Assembly (NCBI GenBank): GCA_000830315.1
Contig: CP010426.1
Location: forward strand, 442,743-506,742
DNA from: an archaeon GW2011_AR20
GTDB taxonomy: Archaea; Nanobdellota; Nanobdellia; SCGC-AAA011-G17; GW2011-AR20
DNA: 64,000 bases
Reading direction: 5' to 3'
This document shows positions 39,282-51,200 of this stretch, in pieces (the stretch's first letter is position 1; each line of letters starts with the position of its first letter). The position numbers and the translations under genes were made by a program. The notes under the pieces are model-generated. The model was not told the DNA's origin, did no database searches, and saw nothing but the letters and a program-made list of their open reading frames with translations.

Positions 39282-42200
39282 TTACTTGTTTAAATTCCTT
39301 AGCCTCCTTTTTTTATAATAATTATACATCGAGTATGTTAAAATGAAGAACACCAAAGTTTCCAATCCTAATATCAATAAATCGCTTAATTCTGCTTCAG
39401 TGGGCAATCTTGGCTGTTTTCCTTCTAATGACAATAAATTCTTACAGCTCTGGATGGCTGAATCAACAATTTTTACTGCTTCATCGTATTCTCTGTTGTC
39501 TAATGCTATTTGAGCCTGGTCAAGCAATTCTTTTAATTCCAAACATTCCGGGTTTCCATTAAAGAATTCTTCTGCAAACGTTATTTGCTCTTCTGCTTTT
39601 GTTTTTCCTCCTGTTAATACGTTTAATAAGAATTTAACTTGGTCTTGCACAACAGGAGTAGTTACCTTTGCAGTTACCAATACTTCTGCATTCTCCCCTG
39701 TGAAGTTTCTGCTTACTATTCTTAAGTTTGTTGCATCTTCCTGCCCTGGGATTAATGCACTGATAAAATTATTGTCTAAGCTTAATTCTAATCCTTCATT
39801 TAATGTTGAAGCAACCAAAAATATTCCAAATAATGAAGTTTTTCCCGTGTTCTTTATTTTAATTGGCGTTATTATCGTATCTTCTTCATAAATTGTCAGA
39901 TTTCCTGGCTGTATGATATCAATAGCAATTAATCTGCTTAATCCTCCTCCGGATCCTCCTCCAGCCCCTCCAGAAGTTGCAACTGTTGTCGTTGTTGTTG
40001 AAGTATCTTCTGATAACATAAATACAGAGAAATTGCTGAATCTTGCTATAATTAAGTTATTTGTTGTGTCTAGGCTTTTATTTTGTCTTACCCAGCTGCA
40101 ACTTGATGTAGAATCACATTTGTATATATTTAAATTTTCTTCAAATGTTACGCTTCCAATAATATTGGTGTAGTTATAGGTTAAATTTACACTGTTATAT
40201 GTTGAATTGCCACAATCCAGAGTAAATTGATCAACCGACCTCACATTGCTTGGAGGATCAACTGTATCCTCAATATCTTCAAATGAACATAAGGTAATCG
40301 GATTTTCATAAATTGTTCCATTAATTAATTCTGCTTCAATTTTACTCGTGCTGACTTTAATATCATAATTCCCAGGAATTATTGTTACATTTTCAGAGTT
40401 ATTTAGTTTGTTTAATGTATGTCTCGAATAAATATCCTTTAATGTTATATTATTTAATCCTGCTCCGGATGCTATCAATGAAATCCCTCGGCTTGTGTTA
40501 ACATAAAAGCTGTTGTTTTTATAGGCTATATAAGCAGAATCTGGATAATTTGTATCTGTTATGCTTACTGCAATGATATGCTCTCCCAGATCTCCTGGTG
40601 TAAATGTATAATTATGTTCATAATTGAAATCTTCATCATCAGCGTTATCTTCATTATTTACTGTGCTGGTTAAAGTTGAAGTTGTTCCATTTGGCTGGAA
40701 TATCTGCACAGTTATTGTATTTAATAAAACGCTTAGGTCACTTCTTACAGTTATATTTGCCGAAACATTCGGATAAGTATATGTGTTTATACTATAAGCA
40801 TCTGTTATGCCGGGTCTTGTTACAGCAGGTGTTTCTGGTATCGTAATTCTAAATCTTGAAGTCGCATTTATGCTTAAAGTTTCATTATAACCTGTAGCAA
40901 CAACTGTTAAAAATCCGGGATTAACATTTGGAATTGTAAAGTTATAAGTGTAATTTGTCAAAGGATCTGAATTATTGGTCATTAGAAACGGTCCGTAACT
41001 TGTCCCAGCTGCTGTAAATGTTATGTTAACCCTTTGAGTCCAGTTTGTATTGGCTATTTCCTCGACTTTAAATTCATAAGTATTTAAAATTCTTACAATT
41101 GAATTATAATTTGGACTTGTTATATTAATAACAGCATAGACAATATCAACTTGGAACAAACTGCTATAGCTACTATAGTTTGTTCCATCGTATGCCCTTA
41201 CCCTCCAATAATGTCTTCCAACAGAAGGCATCTCGTTTACTGTTAAGGTGTAATTAGATTGTGTAATATTAATATTCTTAATGAAGTAAGTATTGTTAAA
41301 TACTGTATTATTACTTAGCTGGAACTCATAATTTAATGTTGAGTTTTCCAAATCGGTTGAATCTTGCCAGCCAAACGAAGTTGAATTATCATACAGTTGC
41401 CATGTATCATTTCTCGGATTTCCCAGTGTTGGGATGCTTGGAAGAACATTATCCAGTATTATTGTTCTTGTCTCGGTGACATTCTCATTATTTGAGAAAT
41501 CTACTATTGTAACATTATATGTATATCTTATATTATTTATATTAGGAAGATTAGTAAAATTAATCGCTCTTATAATGTTTGTTGATGGGGAAACGGTTTC
41601 ATTTACTAAAGAAGTCTGGTTAAATAATCTAAATGTTATATTTGCAACATTGGTTTCTGTAAATGTAATATTTATGAATGTCCAGTTTTGCCTTAATTGT
41701 GTGTTGTTTGCCTCTGTTGAATTGCCAAATTCAATTAATGGAACAGCCGCATCTATTGAAATTAATCTCGTTTCTGTGCTATTAACATTATTTGCCAAAT
41801 CCCTTATAGTAACATTATAAGTATAATTGCCATCGGCTAAATTAGTGAAATTAATGTCCAATGTTCTGCTTCCAAATACAGTAATATTTGTAAAGCTTGA
41901 ATTTGAAATCACATAAGTTATATTCGCTAGATTTGTTTCTGTTAAGGTAATATTTATGAATGCCCAGTTTTTATTGAAGTAGGAATTGTTTACTAGCGTT
42001 AATGTATTATCATATATTGGAACAGGCAACACTGTATCTATTACAATTGTTCTTGTCTCAGTTGAATTAACATTATTTGCCAAATCCCTTATAGTAACAT
42101 TATAAGTATAATTGCCATCGGCTAAATTAGTGAAATTAATGTCCAATGTTCTGCTTCCAAATACAGTAATATTTGTAAAGCTTGAATTTGAAATCACATA

Positions 42201-45200
42201 AGTTATATTCGCTAGATTTGTTTCTGTTAAGGTAATATTTATGAATGCCCAGTTTCTTTGGACATAAGTGTTGTTTGCCTCAGTTCTAGAATCATAAATT
42301 GGAACTGGAATTGCATTGTCTAAAACAACCACCCTTGTGCTTGTTTCATTGTAATTATTTGCCAAATCCCTTATAGTTAAGTTATAGCTGTAATTAGTGT
42401 TTGGCAGGGTTAAATTAATCTGGTAAGCTGTTGTGTTATATATTGTCTGATTTACTACTCCTGTTAAGTTGGCTAATGTAAATGTGAAGTTAGCAAAGTT
42501 TGTATCACTATAAGTCCAGTTTACAAACAAAGTATTGCTGTTGTAGTAAGTGTTATTCGCAAGTGTTTGTTCAGAATAGCTTAAGCTAGGATTTATCGTA
42601 TCCAAGATTATTGTTCTGGTTTCAGTTGTATTCATCTGTAATGCATAATCTGTTAATGTTATATTGTAAGTGTATCTTTCATTCGGATTGATTAAGTAAA
42701 TTGTATAATTACTTACATTTATTTGATATGCTGTTGATGTGTAAACTGTTGTGTTAACATTGCCTGTTGTGTTAAATAGCCTGAATGTTAAGTTAGCAAA
42801 ATTAGCCTCTGTATAAGTCCAGTTTACGAAGATGAAGTTCTGGTTTTTATAGCTGTTATTGACCTCTGTCTGGCCAGAATAGCTTAAGCTCGGTCTTACT
42901 GTATCTAAGTTAACTGTAAAGTTTGCAGCTGCTCTTGCAGAATTTCCAGCAGAATCATTGCATTGAACATTCCAGGTATAACTGGAATCGGCCAGTATTA
43001 ACGTGAATGTATTAATCGCTCCTCCCGCCGGCGTTTGCGTATTATTCTTTTCGAATGTTGTTGAAGTAAAATTTCCGTACAAATCACATGCCTGCAAATT
43101 GCTGTTGAATGGGGTGTCTGTTGGAATATACTGGAAGTTTACAGTGCTTGCTGTGAGCCACTGGTTATTGCCTGGAGAGTTTAAGGTTACTGCCGGTTTT
43201 GTATTGTCTGTTGTGTAGGTGAATGTTGTTGAATTTCTGTTGTTTGCCTTGTCTGTGACTGTAATTTTCCAGAAATACCTTGTATTATCATTTAATGGGG
43301 TTGTCATCAAATGCGTTGAGTTGGTTAAATTATTATATTTTATAAAAGTAAATTGCACACTTGTGAAATCAGCATCATTGTCTATTTCTAAAGTGTAATT
43401 GTCAAAGTTCAATTCTGTGACATTATTCCATGTGAATAAAGGTGTCCTGTTTGTGCTTATTGTATTGTTGCCAGGAGACAATAATGTTATGTTGTTTGGC
43501 AATGTATTATCTAAAGTAATAATTCTTGTTTCACTGTAATTAATGTTATTTGCTAAATCTGCTACCGAAACATTGTAATAATAAACTTCATTCTGGTTTA
43601 ATGGGCTTAGATTAATCCATCTTGCATTATTGTTCAAGCTTGTGAATAAAGTTGCATTTACACTAGTGCTGTTGACTAAGTAAAATGTAATATTGGCAAA
43701 GTTGGCTTCTGTTACAGTAACATTTATGAAAATGTAGCTGTTGTTTGTGTATGTGTTGTTTGCTTCAGTCGGCGATGTAAAATCAATTGTTGAGTTTATC
43801 GTGTCTATCGTGAAGTTCCTTATTTCGGTGTAAGATGAATTTCCTTGTAAATCTGTAGCAAGTGTTCTCCAATAATAAATTCCGTCTGTTAATGCTGATG
43901 AAAGGTTATGCGAATTCGTACCATTGCTTATTTTCCTTATTGTTCCATTATAATAATTAATGCTTGTGAAATCAAATGCATTGTCTATTTCTAGAACAAA
44001 ATAAATTGTGTCATTATCTGGATCATCTGAGTTGTTTATGAAAAATTCAGGTGTATCATCCTTAAAGTAAGTATTATTTGGCGGATAGCTCAATACTGGA
44101 ATTGTTGGAATTGTATTTCCTATTAATAATTCTGTAGAGTTTCTTTGTACATCTTCATCTCTTGTGTCACTTACCCAAACACTTGCTTTATAAGTATTCC
44201 CTTTAGTTGTTTCCTCACTAACTAATTTATTCAACGCAGAAGTATTATAGCTGTTATATAATTCATATATCTGGTTTGCACTTAAAGAGCGATTGTAAAT
44301 TCTTACGCCTGTTATGCTTCCTTTATAATCTCTAACTAATCCAGCAATTCCAATATAAAGATTATCATTTGGAGATATTGTTCCAGTAAATGCTGTTGGG
44401 TTTGTATTTGTTAAAACACCATTTGCATAAGCCCTTATCTGTGCATTTACATTATCATAAGTTACTATAATATGATTCCATGAATTATTATTTAAATTTC
44501 CTGCATTACTAACCTCTTCGTTTATTGCATTGCTATCTTGAATTCTATAATAAATAACTGGGGAACTTGAAATATTATTGATTCTTAATTCATATCTATC
44601 ACTTATTCCAGAGCCAACATCTGATAAAATATTTACACCAGAAGAAGACATTTGTGGCTGGTCATTTATATTATTCCATATCCAAGATTCCATGGTAAAT
44701 CCTGTTTTTCCAAAATCATCATTTATATCTTTTGTTATATTAATCATATCATTTACGCCGTCAAACTTAAAGCTTGGCTGGTAATATAGCTTGTATTTCT
44801 CGTAATGGTCTTGAATTTCAGATGAAGTTAGGGCTTTATTGTATATTCTTACGTTATCTATTGAGCCATTCCAGAATGTTCCAGTTCCATCAATACTACC
44901 TAAAATAAACTCTTTTGTATTACTTACAGAACCACTAAAATTACTTACATTTAATGGATTACTTGAGCTACTATCTATTATTCCATTAGTATAAATTGTT
45001 ATATTATTATCTCTTTTTACGGTAATAGCTATATGATTCCATAAATCATTATTAAAATTAGTTTTTCCAGCAGTTACTAAAAGTCTAGTTGAACCGTTAC
45101 TTAAAGCAAATATATTTTGAGCGTCTCCAAGTAAAGCATAACCAACATCTGTTGCACTAGAAGCACCCTTGTAAACTATTCTTCCATTTGTAATTGCAGA

Positions 45201-48200
45201 TACTGGATGTTTAATCCATAATTCTATTGAAAAATCACTAGCTCCAAAATCTAAACTACTTTTATCAATCAAATTAATAAAATCATTAGTTCCATCAAAA
45301 CTATAACAATTTCCAGTAATACAATCTGTTCTATTTAATGTTGCACCGCTTAAAACACCATTATTTTTAAAATCAGAACTGTCAATAGCAGTAGAAGAAT
45401 TATCCTCATCAAATGGCATTAATAAAACTAAAGAGTTATTATCCTCATTCAAATATCTCTGCCATAATGCACCAGAAATAGTTCCATTGTTGTTATAGCC
45501 GGAATAATCTTTTACATCTGTTGTATTTGTTACGAAAGGCATGTTTAAAACTAATAAACTTTGATTGTTTTCATACCAGTTTGTAATATTAAATAAATCT
45601 TCCCCCAAATCCGTATCTTGTAAATTATAACTTAATGTTAAATTCTCCAAAGTTAAATTTGTTCCATTACTCGAGCTTAATTGGATATTGTAGCTAAATG
45701 GCACCGTATTTATAATAAAGCTAATTATATTTGAATAACCGCTCCATAAGCTTCCATCTGTTGAATTTATTCTTGCATAATATGTTCCGTTTGTTAAGGC
45801 GTTTGTTGTATTAAATGTTGATGTTGTTATTCCTTGATATATTGTATCAGCAAAACTAGCATCTCTTGCAACCTGAGCATAATAAGTTAATGTCCCTGCA
45901 TCTATGTCTGAAGAAGAGACCCATGAAATATTTACCTCATTGCTCGAATTCTTAAATTTAGTATTATTGCCTGGAAGGTATAATGTGAAGTTATTCGGGG
46001 CACTTGCTGTTATTAGTATTTCACTAGTATTTACTTGAGAACTATCTGCGTAAGTATCAGAAGCATATAATGAAGCTTTGTAAGTCCTTCCGGCAGTTGT
46101 TTCCTCACTTACTAACTTATTTAACGCAGAAGTATTATAAGAATTATACAATTCAAATATCTGGTTTGCACTTAAAGAACGATTCCATAATCTAACTGAT
46201 AATATACTTCCATTAAAGTAAACCTCATTATCGTAAATTCCAATTCTAATTGAATTAGTTTTATTTGAAATAGGAATAGGGTATAAGTTATCACTTGCAT
46301 TTATCCCATTGACAAATAAATCCCCCGAATTATTAATTAAATGAACCCAAGTTGAATTAGTTATATTTCTTACCCATAATTCTTGGCTTAATCCCAAACT
46401 TCTTGATGAAGTTGTAATATTAATTAAGTTATTTACTCCGTCGAACTTAAAGCTTGGCTGGTAATATAATTTGTATTTCTCGTAATGGTCTTGAATTTCA
46501 GATGAAGTTAGGGCTTTATTGTATATTCTTACGTTATCTATAATTCCCTGATATGCCTGAGCATCAGCACTTGCCCCAATCCTTAATGGAATGTCTGCAT
46601 TAAAGACTGCGCCATTTGAAAATGCCTGCTGTTTATCTAAATTGCCGTTGATATATAATGCAACGCTTGTTCCATTAAAAAACCATGTAACATAATACCA
46701 TTGATTTGCTGTTAAGGAAGCGCTGGAGGTTAAAGTATTGCTGTTTGTTGTTCCATCCTTGCTTAATATCATTGCAAGAATATTATTTTGATGATATATC
46801 CTGTATTGCTTTTTGCTTACAGAAGAACTCCATTTGCTTATAATATCCCTTACAGTTGCATCTGATTTATCATACTTCATCCAATACTCTATTGTAAAGC
46901 TGTTATTTAAGGATATATCCAGATTATCATTTGAGTCATTTATGTTTATATAATCCCCAGAACCATCAAAACTATAGCAGGTTCCAGTTATACATGAGGT
47001 ATTTAATTTAGCATTAATCAATACCCCATCATTCCTATAATCACTTGCATCAATAGCTGTTGTTGAATTATCCTCATCAAAAGGCAATAATAAAACTAAA
47101 GAGTTATTATCCTCATTCAAATATCTCTGCCATAATGCACCAGAAATAGTTCCATTGTTGTTATAGCCGGAATAATCTTTTACATCTGTTGTATTTGTTA
47201 CGAAAGGCATGTTTAAAACTAAAATACTTTGATTGTTCTCATACCAGTTTGTTATGTTTGCTACAATATCATTATCATAATCGGTATTATTAATAAATAG
47301 AGTTAAATTAACGTTTGTATTGTTTGTTGAAATATCTGTTGTGTTAATCAAGTTGAATGTTATATTTGGAATATAATTTAATATTAATAATTCAGATGTA
47401 TTTACTAAGCTGGAATTACTTAAGCTGTCTGTCAGCCATACCTGCGCTTTCCAAGTTTCTCCTTTTGTAGTATTGGCATTATTTATTATAAATTGAGCAA
47501 ATGTATTGGCTGTAGCAGGAATGTCTGCCAATAAGAACTGGGTGGCATTATTTTTGAATACCTCTATTGAATAATTTAAAGTTATGCCTGTGTTATCTGG
47601 AGTAAAATAGACATTTAAATCTTGTTCTGTTGTATTTTGCGCATTTGTTGAATTTATAACTGGATTATTTGTAAATGTTAAATAATTATCTAAAATTAAA
47701 ACCTCACTCGTATTATCAGAAACTCCTAAATCACTAGAATTAGCTACATAAACCTGTGCTTTATAAGTCCTTCCGGCAGTTGTTTCCTCGCTAACTAATG
47801 TATTTATCCCAGAAGTATTATAACTATTGTATAATTCATATATCTGGTTTGCACTTAAAGAACGATTGTAAATTCTTACGCCTTGAATTGAGCCATTAAA
47901 ATATCTATTCTGGCCATCAAAGAATCCGATGGTATCTTTTGTAGCGGTTGATAAAATGCTATGATTATACTGGTCTCTGCTGAAACTTGCTGTAAATGTT
48001 TTGTCTAATTTCCCATTAATATAAATCTTGATTAAATCATTTGCAAATTCCATTTCCCCGACAATATGTGTCCAGTTATTTAATGAGATGTTCGATAATG
48101 AACTAGTCTGCTGTATTGCATCACTTGCGATGCTTCTTCCGCCAACACTAACCGTTCCTGCACCGAGAATGGTTATCCCAAATCCACCACCAGAATTTCC

Positions 48201-51200
48201 TATTGTTCCAGCTAAAACGACTTGGGCACCTGTTGGAGATGGAAAACTTTTTTGATTTACCCAAGCTTCCATGGTTATTGCTGAAGAAGAATTTATTGCA
48301 GTTCCTAATTGTCCCCTTGTAAAATTAATCCCTTGTTTTCCGTCAAACTTAAAGCTTGGCTGGTAATATAGCTTGTATTTCTCGTAATGGTCTTGAATTT
48401 CAGATGAAGTTAATGCTTTATTGTATATTCTAAAATTATCCATAGTCCCGTTAAAAATATCTTTATCACCTGCTGTTCCACCTAACGAACCTATGAATGA
48501 ACGGGTTGTAGGTGTGGTATTCATTAATCCAGAAATCTTTAACGCACCATTTACATATATGGTTAGATTGCTATTAACAGCACTTCCAGTTTTTGTAAGA
48601 GAAACAAGATACCATTGATTATTTTGTATAATATCCCCTGTTGTTGAGACAGTCGGGAAGGGAGTGGTTAAATTTTGGATAACAATATCATTTCCAAATA
48701 CTTCCAACCACCAAGAAGGCGTTGCAAAAACATGCCCCGAATAAATTGTGTTTCTATAATTAACGGCTGTTTCTTGTGCAGATAAGGGATAAATCCAAGT
48801 TTCTACTGTAAATTCATTTGCCCCGCCAAGATTTAGATTATTAGTTGTTATATTGCTATTTACTCCATTAAATGTATAACACGTTCCAGTTACACAATTA
48901 TTTGTGTTTAGTGCAACACCACTTAAAACACCATCATTCCTATAATCACTTGCATCAATAGCTGTTGTTGAATTATCCTCATCAAAAGGCAATAATAAAA
49001 CTAAAGAGTTATTATCCTCATTCAAATATCTCTGCCATAATGCACCAGAAATAGTTCCATTGTTGTTATAGCCGGAATAATCTTTTACATCTGTTGTATT
49101 TGTTACGAAAGGCATGTTTAAAACTAATAAACTTTGATTGTTTTCATACCATGTTGTTATGTTATAAAGCCCTGTTGCATCTGTGCTTACTATGCTTAAA
49201 GAAATATTTACGTTTGTGTTATTAGTTCTTACATCTGTTGAATTTAAAGTTGGGGTGTTAAAAGAGGGGTTTGCAAAGCCAAAGAATTCCCCGCTTGTAA
49301 CATTTGCTTGATTGGCATCATAATCAAAAGGAACATGGGTTATATTATTTATTAAGGCATTATACAAATTCAATCTTTCATAATCCCTTATCCCATCATT
49401 GAATATTACATCTGAAGTAGATCTAAACAAATGAGTTAAATTACCCGGATTATAGCTTTGGTTTTCTAGTATTAATAAGGCAGCCCCGGAAACTAATGGT
49501 GCACTGAGTGAACTACCACTTAAAGCAGTTGAATTACCACTTAAATCTACTGTATTAATGTCTTGTCCAGGAGCAAGCAAATCGTTTAAGTAAACATTAC
49601 TAAATGAAGAAACATTATCCTGTTTATTGCTAGAAGCCACCCTTAATACATTAGAAGCACAAGCAGGAACCCTTATTTCTGTATTAGAACCATCATTTCC
49701 TGTAGCAGCAATTATATGGATTCCTTGCTCAACAGCATAATTTGACTTATTCGCAACTATATTGCTGTCACAGTAACCGTTACTCAACCTGCTTCCAATG
49801 CTAAATGAAATAACATCAACATTATTATTAATGCAATATTGTAATCCAGCCAGGATATCTGATTCATAACCCACACCATTAGAATTAATAACCTTAACAG
49901 CATAGACATTGCTGTTTGGGGCAACATTCAATAATATGTTTCCAACAGAAGTTCCATGCCCATGATCATCCAGAGGATCATCATCCTGATTAACAAAGTC
50001 ATAGCCATGAATTGTTTGATTCAAAATCAGTCCAAATAAGTTATAATTTATTCCTGTATCTAAAATACACACCGATTTACCATTCCCACTATAGCCTAAT
50101 TGTTGTACTACATTTACTTTTGTTATATTTATTGCATCTTGAACAAATAAATTTACTTCATTATCCAATATTATTTGATTTACAGACGATAAATTAATCA
50201 TCTTATTGAGCATATTAACATCAACATTTAACGCAACAATATCATCAACTTCCTGCTCAACTGTAATAATTTCAGATTTATTGATTAATTCCGCCAACTT
50301 ATTCGCCCCGTCTGTTAGTTGTACTACACTTAAAACTCTTTTACTCGTATCTGTTTCGCTGAATTCTTCCTCTAATCTCGCGTAATCATTTAAATCAAAG
50401 CTGTTATTTTCAAATTCTTTTTTTATATCGCTTGCTAACTCGCCCCTTTTAACAAATCTTAATTCATCAATTGTAATGTTCTGCTCCAGTTCATTAATCA
50501 AATCAGCTGTTGTTACCAGATTAAAGGTCTTTTTTACAATTACCCTTGCGCTTCCTTTGCTATTAATTTCATCTAGAACTTCTTGTTCCACCTTGCTTAA
50601 ATCACTTATGTTACTTACCACAGGTTCAGGCAATGGTTCTGGTACTGTGGTATTTGTTTCATTAATTATCTCTGGCAGGGTTAAATTAGTCTCATTAACT
50701 TGTTCTTGCACTGGTTCTTGAGGCCTTTCTATAACAGGCTGCTCTAAGCTAATTGTAATGTCTTTGCTTGTGATAGCTATTAAAGTAGAATTGTCAATTA
50801 AGCTTACAACAAATGAGTAGGTGCCAGGATCTAAGGAGAAATTTAGGCTAATTATATCTACATTTAAACTACTTACATAATAACTTTCGTTCATTAGAGG
50901 CAGATCAAACCCTGTTATTGGCTTGATTTGTTCTTCTGCCCCGACATTTACAAATATCTGGGCATCTTTGCTTACTAAACTATTAACATCTAATGTTATT
51001 GTTGAATCAGAATAAATAACCAACCCCGTAATTCCAAAACTTCCGAAATAATAAAACAACCCCAGCCCAATAAATACAATTAATATAAGCGATAAAACCT
51101 TGCTTAAATTACTTATACCTATGGGCCTTAGATTTGCACTATCTTGGGGTTGAGCATGAGCATAAACTGAACTAGAATGAGGAACAGGAGCATCTCTTAA

